Virus record (IMG/VR): IMGVR_UViG_3300017991_005548 | Location: 186,001 to 250,000 of that record | Length of the DNA stretch: 64,000 nt | Direction: 5' to 3' (one strand) | Shown here: positions 1-9,677 of the stretch, one piece after another | Layout: every line of letters begins with the position of its first letter | Position numbering within the stretch: the stretch's first letter is position 1 | Program-made: the position numbers and the translations under genes | The notes under the pieces: model-generated | The model's database searches: none | What the model saw: the letters and a program-made list of their open reading frames with translations, nothing else | What the model was told of the DNA's origin: nothing

Positions 1-524
1 TTTGAATATTTACTGAGGATTCTCATGCCCTCTTCCGTTTCAACTGATTGCCCATAAACAGTAACTGTTATTCTGGACTCTTCTGATAATCCACCTTGAA
101 GGTAAATCCATTCATTCGAAATACTGACAGGTTCAACAGTAATTGCTACAGCATCTGTTGGAATAACTTCTCTATCCCCAAAAAGAACATTCTCTTCATA
201 AAGAGGATCATGACCTATTGTCTTCTGTATAAAAGCTCCATCAGAAACCAACCAATTATCGATAACATCAGTTGTTAACGTAATCGTTGTCGTATCAACA
301 ATCTCTTTAATAACCGCATACTCAAATCTTTGATAATGAGGAGATGTTTCGTCATTGTAACCATAGTCAATAAGAACTATCTCTTGATTAGGATGGAAGT
401 GAAAAGAGTTCTCTACACTAAGAGTAGTATCGCCAGTTGTCGCATCTGTTGTTAACTTAGTTTTGGCGATCAATTCTTCTTTGATCAAATCAATTATAGC
501 ATCAACTACTCCAGTAATTTCCAT
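1..524 (-). CDS. Probable virion neck/tail-completion-type protein, 3' end runs off the window
   Basis: Not in the ORF track. ATG at 524 overlaps the upstream stop (TAATG). Reads MEITGVVDAIIDLIKEEL...RILSKYS open to position 1. Follows the head-tail adaptor-like gene. Confidence 0.55.
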   Translation of the reverse strand, partial: MEITGVVDAIIDLIKEELIAKTKLTTDATTGDTTLSVENSFHFHPNQEIVLIDYGYNDETSPHYQRFEYAVIKEIVDTTTITLTTDVIDNWLVSDGAFIQKTIGHDPLYEENVLFGDREVIPTDAVAITVEPVSISNEWIYLQGGLSEESRITVTVYGQSVETEEGMRILSKYS

Positions 525-739
525 TATCCAGAATATCCCGTTTTTATATCGCGATACCAATCGCCAAGTCGCAATTCCATATCACCACTTTTCTCTTTTT
601 CAATCTCTTCCATGTTTTTTCTAAGTCTAGACATTGGTTTCAAACGCCCCTGATCCAATGTATCAAAAGATCCATTGACACAAGATTTGTAAATTTCCAT
701 TTTTCTAGCATATCTAGCGAATCTGTTCTTTATCCTCAT
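524..739 (-). CDS. Hypothetical protein, 71 aa
   Basis: Translationally coupled to both neighbours. Confidence 0.55.
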   Translation of the reverse strand: MRIKNRFARYARKMEIYKSCVNGSFDTLDQGRLKPMSRLRKNMEEIEKEKSGDMELRLGDWYRDIKTGYSG

Positions 740-1434
740 GGAGACTCCCTTCCAAATTGAATATCATCAGTAGGTGTTTTGTAAGAATCAAATAAACTAT
801 GTCTTGCGAATCTCTTGCCAACATGTTCTTGACCCATCAAGATCACATTTCCAGTAATAATACTGTCCATAGAAAACATAGCAAGCTTTCTTTGCTCTGT
901 TCCGTACTGAGAGACATCTGGAGACTGTTCTGCGGCAAATAGGCGGTCATACGCATACGATACGGCCAATCTAGCTGTAACCAAAGGAATAGGATCTGGA
1001 TATTCCAATATGCTGATTAAACTATCAGCGTCATAACTGGAAGTAACTGAGTTCAGAATCAATTGATCTAAATTAGGAATTGATTCAATAACCGCTTCTT
1101 CATAATCACATTCACTTTGAAGTCTAACTAACTGACCTTTGGCGAATGGCCCAGTATCATGAACTGAAACTTTTACATTTGTTCCAGAAGAAACATTATT
1201 GAGGATCTCTGTTTCATGGATTTTGATTCGCCTCAATGGACATACATATATTGGGCGAAGTCTTGCGTCAACTTCCTGTTGGGCAAACTTAATGAATTCG
1301 CAAATCTGATCTGGAGTAAATTTACTCCTATTTGTATTATCACATTTGCCAGGAACAGGAGTTCCTATGTTTCTGTCGCCAACTGTAACATTCTCAGGTA
1401 GTAATGTGATGGCATTTTGAACTGTACAATACAT
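736..1434 (-). CDS. Head-tail adaptor-like protein (DUF1320/Mu gp36-like with an insertion)
   Basis: N-terminal MYCT, FAQQEVDARLRPIYVCPL and C-terminal IPLVTARLAVSYAYDRLF pattern; position in the structural module. Confidence 0.55.
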   Translation of the reverse strand: MYCTVQNAITLLPENVTVGDRNIGTPVPGKCDNTNRSKFTPDQICEFIKFAQQEVDARLRPIYVCPLRRIKIHETEILNNVSSGTNVKVSVHDTGPFAKGQLVRLQSECDYEEAVIESIPNLDQLILNSVTSSYDADSLISILEYPDPIPLVTARLAVSYAYDRLFAAEQSPDVSQYGTEQRKLAMFSMDSIITGNVILMGQEHVGKRFARHSLFDSYKTPTDDIQFGRESP

Positions 1435-1444
1435 ACTTCACTCC

Positions 1445-1488
1445 AAAAAAAAGCACTCTTGTTATTTATTTCAATAACAGGAGTGCTT
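1445..1488 (-). terminator. Rho-independent terminator ending the actin operon; loop is GAAATA
   Basis: 16-bp stem AAGCACTCCTGTTATT/AATAACAAGAGTGCTT with 1 mismatch, followed by a T run. Confidence 0.8.
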
Positions 1489-1514
1489 TTCCCTATGGAG
1501 CTAGGTCTATAGTT

Positions 1515-1730
1515 TTATAGATCGTACAGATAATCCCCGATATTTATGAACTCAAAAGCTACATCATTTACTCTGTTCACTTTATCGGTTGTTTCTGAAT
1601 TCCTTTCACTACATTCACAAATTCCATCATACCAAGGAAAAGTACATTGCGTACATAATCCATTCGCTTTTGCCCAAGCGATATGATCTTTAAGATACTT
1701 TCGTTTCTCTTTCCGTTCTTGTTTAGTCAT
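1515..1730 (-). CDS. Small Cys-rich (zinc-binding) protein
   Basis: CTQC and GICEC motifs; coupled to the actin-like gene. Confidence 0.6.
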   Translation of the reverse strand: MTKQERKEKRKYLKDHIAWAKANGLCTQCTFPWYDGICECSERNSETTDKVNRVNDVAFEFINIGDYLYDL

Positions 1731-2818
1731 TATTTGTTTTTCTTTTGGAAATCTGCTTGCGCTCTAATGCAAGAACCCTGAGAAACAGAATAAAATGGAC
1801 TTTTGGAATGCCTTACTTGCCAGACATCAAATGGAAACTCAGAATCGTCCAAGCATTCCTTAAACATCTTACAATATCCCTTAGGCATCGAAGTCCCCCC
1901 AGAAATTACAATTTCAATTTCACCATCAATCTCTGCGTCTTTGGACCTAAATTCCTGAGACATATGATGGATAATACGATTGATTGTCTCTTGGTAGTAA
2001 ATTCTTAAAGCCGCGAGAACTCTATCACTCATATCAAATGATCCAAGATCAAGTTTCTTTTCTTTTTGCTTCAGAACTTTACTTGGAGCTACTCCTGTTA
2101 CTTTTGACGCTTGTTCGTCAATATAATCTCCACTCTTCGTAATTGAGAATGTGTTTAGACTCATTCCTTTCAAGCAAAGAGCAACATTTGTCATTCCACC
2201 TCCGCAACTAATTGCAACGCCAGTCAAAGGCATTTCACCGTCATCAGTTTTAGCAATAGGAGCGCAGTCATAGGCAACGGCCATACCTTCATTTACAGGT
2301 TTGGCATCATATCCCATTTGATCAAAGAAACTTTTAAGAACCATTTCGTGGAATCTGTTGTCCATATCTCGATCAAGAGGATTGGCAGGAACTGAGAACC
2401 TAAGTGGTTCGTTATCTACAATTGGTTCTCCAACAACAGCTTTGATAATGTAGAACAACAACTCAGAGGATTCTTTAAGATTTGGATTAAGAATACCATC
2501 TTTCATTGGTCGAACAACTTCACCTTTACCAATTGCATTTACAAGTCTCAAAGCGTCTTCGCCAACGATATAATATTTCTTTCCGACTTTTACATAAAGA
2601 TAGTCACTTCTATCCAAAAGATCGACAGCTTCTTCTGAAACGTCCAGTGGATAAAGCATATCTCTATGGAATCTGTTGACAAAAGTTCCATCTTCGGTTT
2701 GTCTTGCTACAACGATGTTGCTTGTTCCAACATCAACACCTACTCCAGGCTTGTACTTCTTTTTACCAGCCTTTTTCTCAACGGGAGTCTCATCTACATC
2801 AAGTATATCATCGCTCAT
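1730..2818 (-). CDS. Actin-superfamily ATPase (MreB/ParM-like)
   Basis: Phosphate-1 VGVDVGTSNIVV, connect VNEGMAV, phosphate-2 ISCGGGMTNV, adenosine ISGGTSMPKG. Confidence 0.85.
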   Translation of the reverse strand: MSDDILDVDETPVEKKAGKKKYKPGVGVDVGTSNIVVARQTEDGTFVNRFHRDMLYPLDVSEEAVDLLDRSDYLYVKVGKKYYIVGEDALRLVNAIGKGEVVRPMKDGILNPNLKESSELLFYIIKAVVGEPIVDNEPLRFSVPANPLDRDMDNRFHEMVLKSFFDQMGYDAKPVNEGMAVAYDCAPIAKTDDGEMPLTGVAISCGGGMTNVALCLKGMSLNTFSITKSGDYIDEQASKVTGVAPSKVLKQKEKKLDLGSFDMSDRVLAALRIYYQETINRIIHHMSQEFRSKDAEIDGEIEIVISGGTSMPKGYCKMFKECLDDSEFPFDVWQVRHSKSPFYSVSQGSCIRAQADFQKKNK

Positions 2819-2820
2819 TT

Positions 2821-3210
2821 TTAGTCCTCCAGATCAGTTAGTAAATCGATTGTATTGTTAGTCTGATCATTATCTTTCTTTGTTTCTTTGACTCCACCCA
2901 AATCATCAAAGTTAGATGATTTATCACCTCTTTGTATCGTCATTGTTTTTGCCAATTGGTCCATTGAGGAAGTGTCATCAAATTCATCTTCTTCTTTGGA
3001 AGAATCCTTATATATTATACCAGAATTCTTGGGTAAATCTATACCTTGGGACACTTTATTTGCTATTAAATTAGCCAAAGCTTCGAGGTCAACATTATTG
3101 CCCTGTTGATCTTCTTTTGGCAGTTCCGCTGGTTTAGACCTTTTTCTATAATCAGCCATTAGAATATCTTTGTTTGTGGTAGTGGGGATTGTTTCTGTTT
3201 TTTCTGCCAA
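2821..3210 (-). CDS. Hypothetical acidic protein, 129 aa (TTG start)
   Basis: Fills the operon directly upstream of the actin-like gene. Confidence 0.6.
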   Translation of the reverse strand: MAEKTETIPTTTNKDILMADYRKRSKPAELPKEDQQGNNVDLEALANLIANKVSQGIDLPKNSGIIYKDSSKEEDEFDDTSSMDQLAKTMTIQRGDKSSNFDDLGGVKETKKDNDQTNNTIDLLTDLED

Positions 3211-3362
3211 CCACCAAAATCAAAAATATTTAGGTGATTGCATTTCTTGTTTCTACACTGGAACGAAAGTGTTTTTTGTTTAAAATCAAATTCTAGGCAA
3301 AGGTCATCATCTTTTTGCATAAAAAGATTTGTACAAGCTTCGCATCTACAAGCAATTTGCAT
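3159..3362 (-). CDS. Small zinc-finger protein
   Basis: MQIACRCEAC...CRNKKCNH; AAGGAG Shine-Dalgarno and TGTATAAT upstream favour the ATG at 3362. Confidence 0.65.
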   Translation of the reverse strand: MQIACRCEACTNLFMQKDDDLCLEFDFKQKTLSFQCRNKKCNHLNIFDFGGWQKKQKQSPLPQTKIF

Positions 3363-3395
3363 AAGGCATCTCCTTTTGGAGATATTATACAAATT

Positions 3396-6300
3396 TTACC
3401 AAGCCCCTTCGATACCAACATTCTCTTCTTCAGATGGTGTTTGATTTTCAGATGGTGTTTGATTTTCAGATGGTGTTTGATTTTCAGATGGTGTTTGATT
3501 TTGAGGGGGAGGTTGCTGTTGTTGTGGGTTCCAATAGTGATCATTAAGATATTTTTCAACAATATTGACCGATCTTTCTAATGTTTCAATCGATCCTTGA
3601 TTAAATGTAGAAGGATCTTTGCCCAAATAACTCTTTAACACATTCATATGAGATTTAAAATTCCCACTTTCCCCTGCTGAAATCTTTTTTAAGTTAAAAA
3701 TATGTCGATTTCCCTGAGCTTGATTTCCCTGAGCTTGGGTCAATGTTTTTAATAAAGCAACATATTCTTTTAAATCGTTAAATGATTCTTGAGTTACTTC
3801 ATTTATACGATTTGGATCTCCCAATATATCAACAACTTGTTGGGCAGATTGTCTTCGTGCAATTAGCTCATTATTTCCAGCCATTTGATTAGATCGTTGC
3901 TGTTGTTGTTGTTTAAATTCATTTAATTTAGCAATCACACCATTTCTGAAGTAATCTAGATTATTCTGGAATTCCTGAGAATTTACATCACCAAATATGT
4001 TGAGATTTTCTTGTACGATAGCATCCCCAAGAGTAAAATCGTTAGTCATATAATCTATCGCATCATCTGCACTATAACGTGGCATTACTTTTATATCTGT
4101 CGTAAACTCATTAAAAGATCTCATTATTAAATGATCTAAATTCTCGTCAATTATTCGTATAGGTGGCTGTTCTTCAGCAGTCTGCTCTTCAGCAGTCTGC
4201 TCTTCAGCAGTTTCTGCACCTTCTGTCACAACAGTAGCTCCATTATTGATCGCGGTAAAATATGAAAATAGCTTCTGAATTTCATTAAGGTCAAGATTCT
4301 GATAGCTACCCATTTTCTTAATAAGATTCTGCAACTCTGTAGTCAATTCTACTGTCTGACCGTTTTCAGCGGCCTCAACAATTCTTCTAATGGCACTGGC
4401 CGTTTGTTGGTTTGTTAATTTTTCACTGAGTTTATTTAAATAAGAAAGGACATAGCTTGCCTGCTGTTGATCAACACTCATCGTTGGGTTCTCTTCCAAC
4501 GTTTCAAGTAGTCTTGTACAATTTGCTTGTTGAGCTAGGGTAACATTTTCTGAAAGAACTTCAGCAGGAATACCACTTTCTTCTGGTTCAGTCTCAGATT
4601 CTGGTTCAGGTTCTGTCTCAACTGACTCAGGAATAGTATCTAAGAATCTCAAAATAGCATCTGCTTGAGACTTGGTGATCTTTGTAAATTCCCCTCTTAT
4701 GAAATCATCTAACCCTGCTACAGTTGAATCAGGAGTGTCTACTGGAGTTGTGCCAGTTGATCCAGATTCTTCTCCTCCCTCAGGAGCGGTAGGAGCAGTA
4801 GGAGTTGTGCCAGTAGATTCATTTCCTCCTGTTCCAGGAGTTGTGCCAGTAATCTCAGGAGCCGCAATTTTCTCTAACATTTCATTTGAAGACGCAACAT
4901 TAGGCATTATTCTTGTACCAGTAGGAGTAGATATTTGTTCAGGAGCCGCAGTGCCTCCAGGCAATGCGACTGGCATATCTGCTCCATCAACAGGTTCCGC
5001 TATAGGTATCGGATTATCAATAGTGTGTTTGATTTGTCCAAGGATCTTCTTGCAAAGCTCAATATTGGCCGCATTCATTCCTGTAACATTTGCACGATTG
5101 TTTTCCAAATCTGTCAATGCCGCTCTTATAGATGTTTCATCTGAACCGATTAGTTGTGCGATGTAATTCATGGTATTCTGGTCAGATCCAGACTCTTCTT
5201 CAACTTCTTCAGTACCTTCGGTTTCTTCAGCGCCTTCAGCACCTTCGGTTTCTTCTCTTTCCCCGCCAAATGTTTCCGCAAAATTCTCTCCCATCAATTC
5301 TTTGGTAAAATTGGTATTGAGAATCTTCTGAGCACTTGCTAACATAGCGTCTGCTTGTTGTTTTAGCTCTTGGATCTTTAATTCATATTCTTCGCCACCA
5401 TCTCTTCCATGCCATTCTCCTTCAAGGATACCTGCATCTCTAACATATCTACCAAAGAAATCAACAAGATTTTCCCAAGATCGTTTCAACCAATCAAGGT
5501 CTTCTGTGAATTGTTGATCAACATCCTCTTTATGCCATTGTTCGCCCTTCTGTTCACCTGGATCAACCAGTTGATAACCTTCTGGGACACCCTGCTTCCC
5601 TGTCAAGTTATCCCATGCCCCTCTAAGACGATCTCCGAGGCCCTGTGCGGTTCGAACGAACACTCTCGACTCTTGATTCAACTTAGCATGTCTAAGCAGA
5701 ATATTAATCTCCTTAGCGTCATAATAGGCTTGAGGATTGTTGTCTCTTAGATTCTTAGCATATGAAATGAGTTTCTCAGGTAAAAGTCCATAACCTTCAA
5801 GATTGGAAGAAAGACGAATTATGTCTTTTATATAAGCACTAGAAGGGACGAGGCTCTGCATGCCACCCATATTGGCCATGTATGCTTCAGCACTATTTAA
5901 TGTTTGCTCATAAATTACCCGAGCGGCATCGGCATTCTGATTCAACTGTTGAGCATTATTTTGAATTTCTTCTGTCTGAGTCATCAAAGTATTAACAATA
6001 TTTTGGAAGATTACTCTGTGCTGTTCTGTCATCATCTGAGCTTGAGGATATCTTTTCATGAAATCTGTTAATGTTTGGTCAACATTCAATGAGAAATCAT
6101 TCAAGCCTGTTTGCATTTCTTCCAATGCGTTATAAATATCTGTATTTTCTTGAATTGCCGCATCAATTTCACTAGATGGATCTGGCAAATTGGGCTGTTG
6201 AGCTATTTTTTTAATTTTCATATTTTTGTTCGCCTTCTTCCACTTTAAATTCTTGTATCTTGGCGGCAACTTGGTTTTAGCCTTATATCTTGCCTTAAAC

Positions 6301-6542
6301 TCTTCGTCTTTAACGCCATAATGGTCAATCAATTCCATAATCCGTCCAATCTCTGCACAAAGTAATTGAACTTCTCTTGGATTTGTATAAACCTTTGTTA
6401 ACTCTTCAGATGAAGGAAGTTGTCTAATTCTCTCATTAATGGTATCAAGTGCGTCCGTTTCAACAAAAGCCAATCCAGACATCTTCAGTCCATGAATAAT
6501 GGACATCATATCTTGTAAATCGATGTTTTGAATTGGCTCCAT
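3396..6542 (-). CDS. Large low-complexity/coiled-coil protein, 1048 aa, probable internal virion protein
   Basis: Long ORF with E/T/P/Q-rich tracts; internal MKIKKIAQQ and EKIAA motifs. Confidence 0.75.
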   Translation of the reverse strand: MEPIQNIDLQDMMSIIHGLKMSGLAFVETDALDTINERIRQLPSSEELTKVYTNPREVQLLCAEIGRIMELIDHYGVKDEEFKARYKAKTKLPPRYKNLKWKKANKNMKIKKIAQQPNLPDPSSEIDAAIQENTDIYNALEEMQTGLNDFSLNVDQTLTDFMKRYPQAQMMTEQHRVIFQNIVNTLMTQTEEIQNNAQQLNQNADAARVIYEQTLNSAEAYMANMGGMQSLVPSSAYIKDIIRLSSNLEGYGLLPEKLISYAKNLRDNNPQAYYDAKEINILLRHAKLNQESRVFVRTAQGLGDRLRGAWDNLTGKQGVPEGYQLVDPGEQKGEQWHKEDVDQQFTEDLDWLKRSWENLVDFFGRYVRDAGILEGEWHGRDGGEEYELKIQELKQQADAMLASAQKILNTNFTKELMGENFAETFGGEREETEGAEGAEETEGTEEVEEESGSDQNTMNYIAQLIGSDETSIRAALTDLENNRANVTGMNAANIELCKKILGQIKHTIDNPIPIAEPVDGADMPVALPGGTAAPEQISTPTGTRIMPNVASSNEMLEKIAAPEITGTTPGTGGNESTGTTPTAPTAPEGGEESGSTGTTPVDTPDSTVAGLDDFIRGEFTKITKSQADAILRFLDTIPESVETEPEPESETEPEESGIPAEVLSENVTLAQQANCTRLLETLEENPTMSVDQQQASYVLSYLNKLSEKLTNQQTASAIRRIVEAAENGQTVELTTELQNLIKKMGSYQNLDLNEIQKLFSYFTAINNGATVVTEGAETAEEQTAEEQTAEEQPPIRIIDENLDHLIMRSFNEFTTDIKVMPRYSADDAIDYMTNDFTLGDAIVQENLNIFGDVNSQEFQNNLDYFRNGVIAKLNEFKQQQQQRSNQMAGNNELIARRQSAQQVVDILGDPNRINEVTQESFNDLKEYVALLKTLTQAQGNQAQGNRHIFNLKKISAGESGNFKSHMNVLKSYLGKDPSTFNQGSIETLERSVNIVEKYLNDHYWNPQQQQPPPQNQTPSENQTPSENQTPSENQTPSEEENVGIEGAW
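3429..3502. repeat. 18-bp coding tandem repeat x4 (NQTPSE)
   Basis: TTCAGATGGTGTTTGATT repeated four times in frame. Confidence 0.95.
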
Positions 6543-6555
6543 CTCAATTCTCCTT

Positions 6556-6957
6556 TTATGGAAGTCTTGGGATCGAAGGAACGTTTACCATGCGAATTTT
6601 GCCAACTGAAGCGGCTTGAGGTCTGTCACTTACAATCTCTTCAATTGGTTCTTCATCTAACTCTTCGTCGTCTTCCACAACTTCGTCTTCAATAGCTTCT
6701 AACTGTCTTTTGGACTTAATACCGTCTGCGGCCATTGCCAAAAGGACTTCTGCCATTTCATCAAGTTTGTCATAGAATACTTCTAGTTGTTGTTTTCTAT
6801 CAGCCAAATCCTGAGCATCGATACAAGTCTGAACTTTGTCTTGGAAATCTCCCAACTCTTTCATAAGAGTCAAGACAGCGCTAGTACCCGCACCTTTTTT
6901 CTTCTTGCTTTCAGATCCAGCGATTGTGATAATATTACTGTTCATATTATTCTCCAT
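6556..6957 (-). CDS. Hypothetical protein, 133 aa
   Basis: ORF downstream of an AGG-N19-GAA motif. Confidence 0.7.
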   Translation of the reverse strand: MENNMNSNIITIAGSESKKKKGAGTSAVLTLMKELGDFQDKVQTCIDAQDLADRKQQLEVFYDKLDEMAEVLLAMAADGIKSKRQLEAIEDEVVEDDEELDEEPIEEIVSDRPQAASVGKIRMVNVPSIPRLP

Positions 6958-7004
6958 ACTAAATAATCATTTAGATTTTTTCTCAAAAATGCAAAGCCAT
7001 CCCT

Positions 7005-7154
7005 TCAAATTTCGATGAACTCTCCACAATTCTGACAGATTATAACGACATAACTGTCTTCGTCATCAGAGACTTCGTCATCAGAGACTTCCTCTCTAAC
7101 AACTTCTCTTCCACAATATGGGCATCCGTCTTTTACCCAGTTATCATCTTCCAT
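7005..7154 (-). CDS. 49-aa zinc-ribbon protein (not in the ORF track)
   Basis: MEDDNWVKDGCPYCGRE...ICQNCGEFIEI; ATG overlaps the upstream stop. Confidence 0.65.
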   Translation of the reverse strand: MEDDNWVKDGCPYCGREVVREEVSDDEVSDDEDSYVVIICQNCGEFIEI

Positions 7155-8653
7155 TAGTTACCACTCTTATAGAGGTATCTAAACCACCTACTCCTACCTC
7201 CAGGTAATGTGTATTCAGGAGTAACTGCAATAGCAATCCCTGGCAATCTCTTGGACTTCACATTCTCTGCAAACTTCTCCCAAGTATCTTTATAATCAGC
7301 ATAAAGATCTTTGAAAGTTTGTTGAGCCGCTCTGGCGGCTTCTTCAGAGTTAATGTTGTCTGGACCACCAAAAATCAACATAACTTCTTGGAAATTCAAT
7401 CCAAAAACGAGTCGTCTTAATGCAAGTATAGCCGCCCACAACAAGATTCCAGCATCCCACTCTAATGGAGCTTGCTCTAAATTAGCATAATTCTGACTAG
7501 CAGGAGGAACGCTGTTCATCATCTGCAATCCAAATTTAAGGAACGACAATAGTTCTTCCTCACTAAAATATGCCATACTGTAGCAAACGTTAATATAGTC
7601 CTCTGGGGCCATTAGACGATCAAGATAAATCTTCCCTTTATAGTCAGCATGCCAACCATCATCCACAATTCTCGTATTATTCAAACGAACAATTGGTCTA
7701 GGATCTTGATTCCAGTTACGATTCATATTGTAAATACCAAAATCAAAGATGGTTGAGAACTTACTTGTCTTTTTGGTTACATCTGTAAAATTAATCGATT
7801 GAGAACCACATCCTTCAACTAAAGTCAGTTTGCCAGAAGATTGTGGGTCTCCTGTTCCTACAGTTGTTAGGATACTCGTTGGGACATAAGTTTGATCAGA
7901 ATCATGATGAAGTCCCTGAGATGTTGAGGATGAAGTTGTTGTTGAGCTTGAGTCTAAACTAGAAGAACTACTAGATGTACTTGTGCTACTAGAACCGCTG
8001 GAATTACTTTGAGAGTTTGAGCTACTGGAATCGATGCTTGAAGAACTACTAGAGTCAGTTGACGAAGAAGATTCATTATATAAATCCTGGTGAACGGTAT
8101 ACTTTTGTCCATTGTGGAAGTATATATCTCCAGCCTGAGCATGATAGTTATTGCCATCCAACTCAAAATAATAGAAATGCTTTCTTCTTTTTTGCTGATT
8201 CTCTTGACGGATTCTTCTGCCTTGTTCCCAATAAACAGGAATGTGTTGGGCTTCATATATGAAGTCATTGTTCAGATCTAATAACAACTGCCTAGCTCTG
8301 TTTGATGTCTTAATCGAAAGCCCTTTGCTTAAAAAGTTGATATAAGAATTCAAAGAGAAAACACTAAATACATTTGTAATTTCTTGTACGCTGTCGTTCC
8401 CACTCCATTGAAAAGTCCATTTGTCATAATACTCTCCTAATGGGAGGTTTGCAGGAACATACCAGTCTACATAGTAAATACCTGTTGCCTCTAATTGAGC
8501 AGAAGCAACATCAAGTACTGTAACACCATCAGTGTCGATAATTTCTACCATTGGTTGCCCAGATGGGTTGGCCAAAAGCCCATCGCTAATAAAGCGGGTA
8601 TGCAACCTGACAATCTCATTCTGTAGTGCATTAGTTCTTGACTGAACGGACAT
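7154..8653 (-). CDS. Probable virion structural (neck/adaptor-like) protein with a Ser-rich linker
   Basis: Ig-like-looking N-terminus (GIYYVDWYVP), ~50-aa Ser/Thr tract, helical C-terminal domain. Confidence 0.6.
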   Translation of the reverse strand: MSVQSRTNALQNEIVRLHTRFISDGLLANPSGQPMVEIIDTDGVTVLDVASAQLEATGIYYVDWYVPANLPLGEYYDKWTFQWSGNDSVQEITNVFSVFSLNSYINFLSKGLSIKTSNRARQLLLDLNNDFIYEAQHIPVYWEQGRRIRQENQQKRRKHFYYFELDGNNYHAQAGDIYFHNGQKYTVHQDLYNESSSSTDSSSSSSIDSSSSNSQSNSSGSSSTSTSSSSSSLDSSSTTTSSSTSQGLHHDSDQTYVPTSILTTVGTGDPQSSGKLTLVEGCGSQSINFTDVTKKTSKFSTIFDFGIYNMNRNWNQDPRPIVRLNNTRIVDDGWHADYKGKIYLDRLMAPEDYINVCYSMAYFSEEELLSFLKFGLQMMNSVPPASQNYANLEQAPLEWDAGILLWAAILALRRLVFGLNFQEVMLIFGGPDNINSEEAARAAQQTFKDLYADYKDTWEKFAENVKSKRLPGIAIAVTPEYTLPGGRSRWFRYLYKSGN

Positions 8654-8655
8654 AC

Positions 8656-9666
8656 TTAGTCTTCCTTATCGTTTAACTTTTTTCTTTCTTGGTTTTTGAC
8701 TTTTTTGACACAACGCTCATATTTTTCAGGATCTTTGTCCTTATCGACTGTAGTGTGGCAAACTGCCCAAGGATTGTACTCAAAACTTTCAGCTTCTTCA
8801 GTTGACTTTTTCTTGGCGGTACAAACACTACATTGTCCAGCATCGCTCTCTTTCTTCTTTTTGCCTTTTCTTTTTCTTTTGGCGACATGTTGTGGGTCTT
8901 CTTTCTCAAGAAAAATTTGAGAATCGAGCTTACCTGATGGATTCTTGCCATGAGGTTGGTTCATGATCTTCCCAGGTTTACAAATTTTGATAATCCTGCC
9001 CTTACCACTCGCCAATGGGTAGTCTTCTACTCTTGGTGGAACATAAGATGCAAACTTATCTCTTATTGTTTTGAGTTTTTCAAGTAGGTTGGTGTATTTT
9101 TTGTCATACTCTTCCCAATGTTGGACGAACTTATCATCAACACCTCTCATCTCTTCCATTTCCTCATCAAGTCCTTCAGTCTCCTCACCAATACTTCTTT
9201 CAAGAAGTTTAATGAATTGATTCATGTCAACAAGTTTACTTGAGAAAAGGTCATAAAGATCTTTGTCGAATTTGTCCCCCATACTACTTTGAGAATGCCA
9301 AAGTCGATGATTATCTAGGAACAGAGCTTCTTCAAGAGGCTTCCCACTCAAAAGCTTGTAATAAATTCTTCTTGCAAGATAATCAGAACTTTCTGGTGCT
9401 TCATGAGAGAAGCCATTGAAGTATTCAGATTCTTGGGCTGTTTCAACAAATAACTTAATCAATTTGGTCATTTCTTCGTAAGACACAAACCTTTCCTGAC
9501 TATTAACCCAATTCTTGATAGTTCCTTCATCTACATACAAGTCACATTTTGGGCAATATCTCCCCTTCTCGTAACCATCACCCTCAGGGGTTTTCTTTTT
9601 AACCCAATAGGATTTATGATCAAGTATATTGCATCCAGAATCTTGTGCAGTTCTAATTAGCCTCAT
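8656..9666 (-). CDS. Hypothetical leader-bearing protein (MRLIRTAQ)
   Basis: CPKC and CSVC motifs, C-terminal NPWAVC...YERCV. Confidence 0.75.
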   Translation of the reverse strand: MRLIRTAQDSGCNILDHKSYWVKKKTPEGDGYEKGRYCPKCDLYVDEGTIKNWVNSQERFVSYEEMTKLIKLFVETAQESEYFNGFSHEAPESSDYLARRIYYKLLSGKPLEEALFLDNHRLWHSQSSMGDKFDKDLYDLFSSKLVDMNQFIKLLERSIGEETEGLDEEMEEMRGVDDKFVQHWEEYDKKYTNLLEKLKTIRDKFASYVPPRVEDYPLASGKGRIIKICKPGKIMNQPHGKNPSGKLDSQIFLEKEDPQHVAKRKRKGKKKKESDAGQCSVCTAKKKSTEEAESFEYNPWAVCHTTVDKDKDPEKYERCVKKVKNQERKKLNDKED

Positions 9667-9677
9667 TCCTGCACCTC

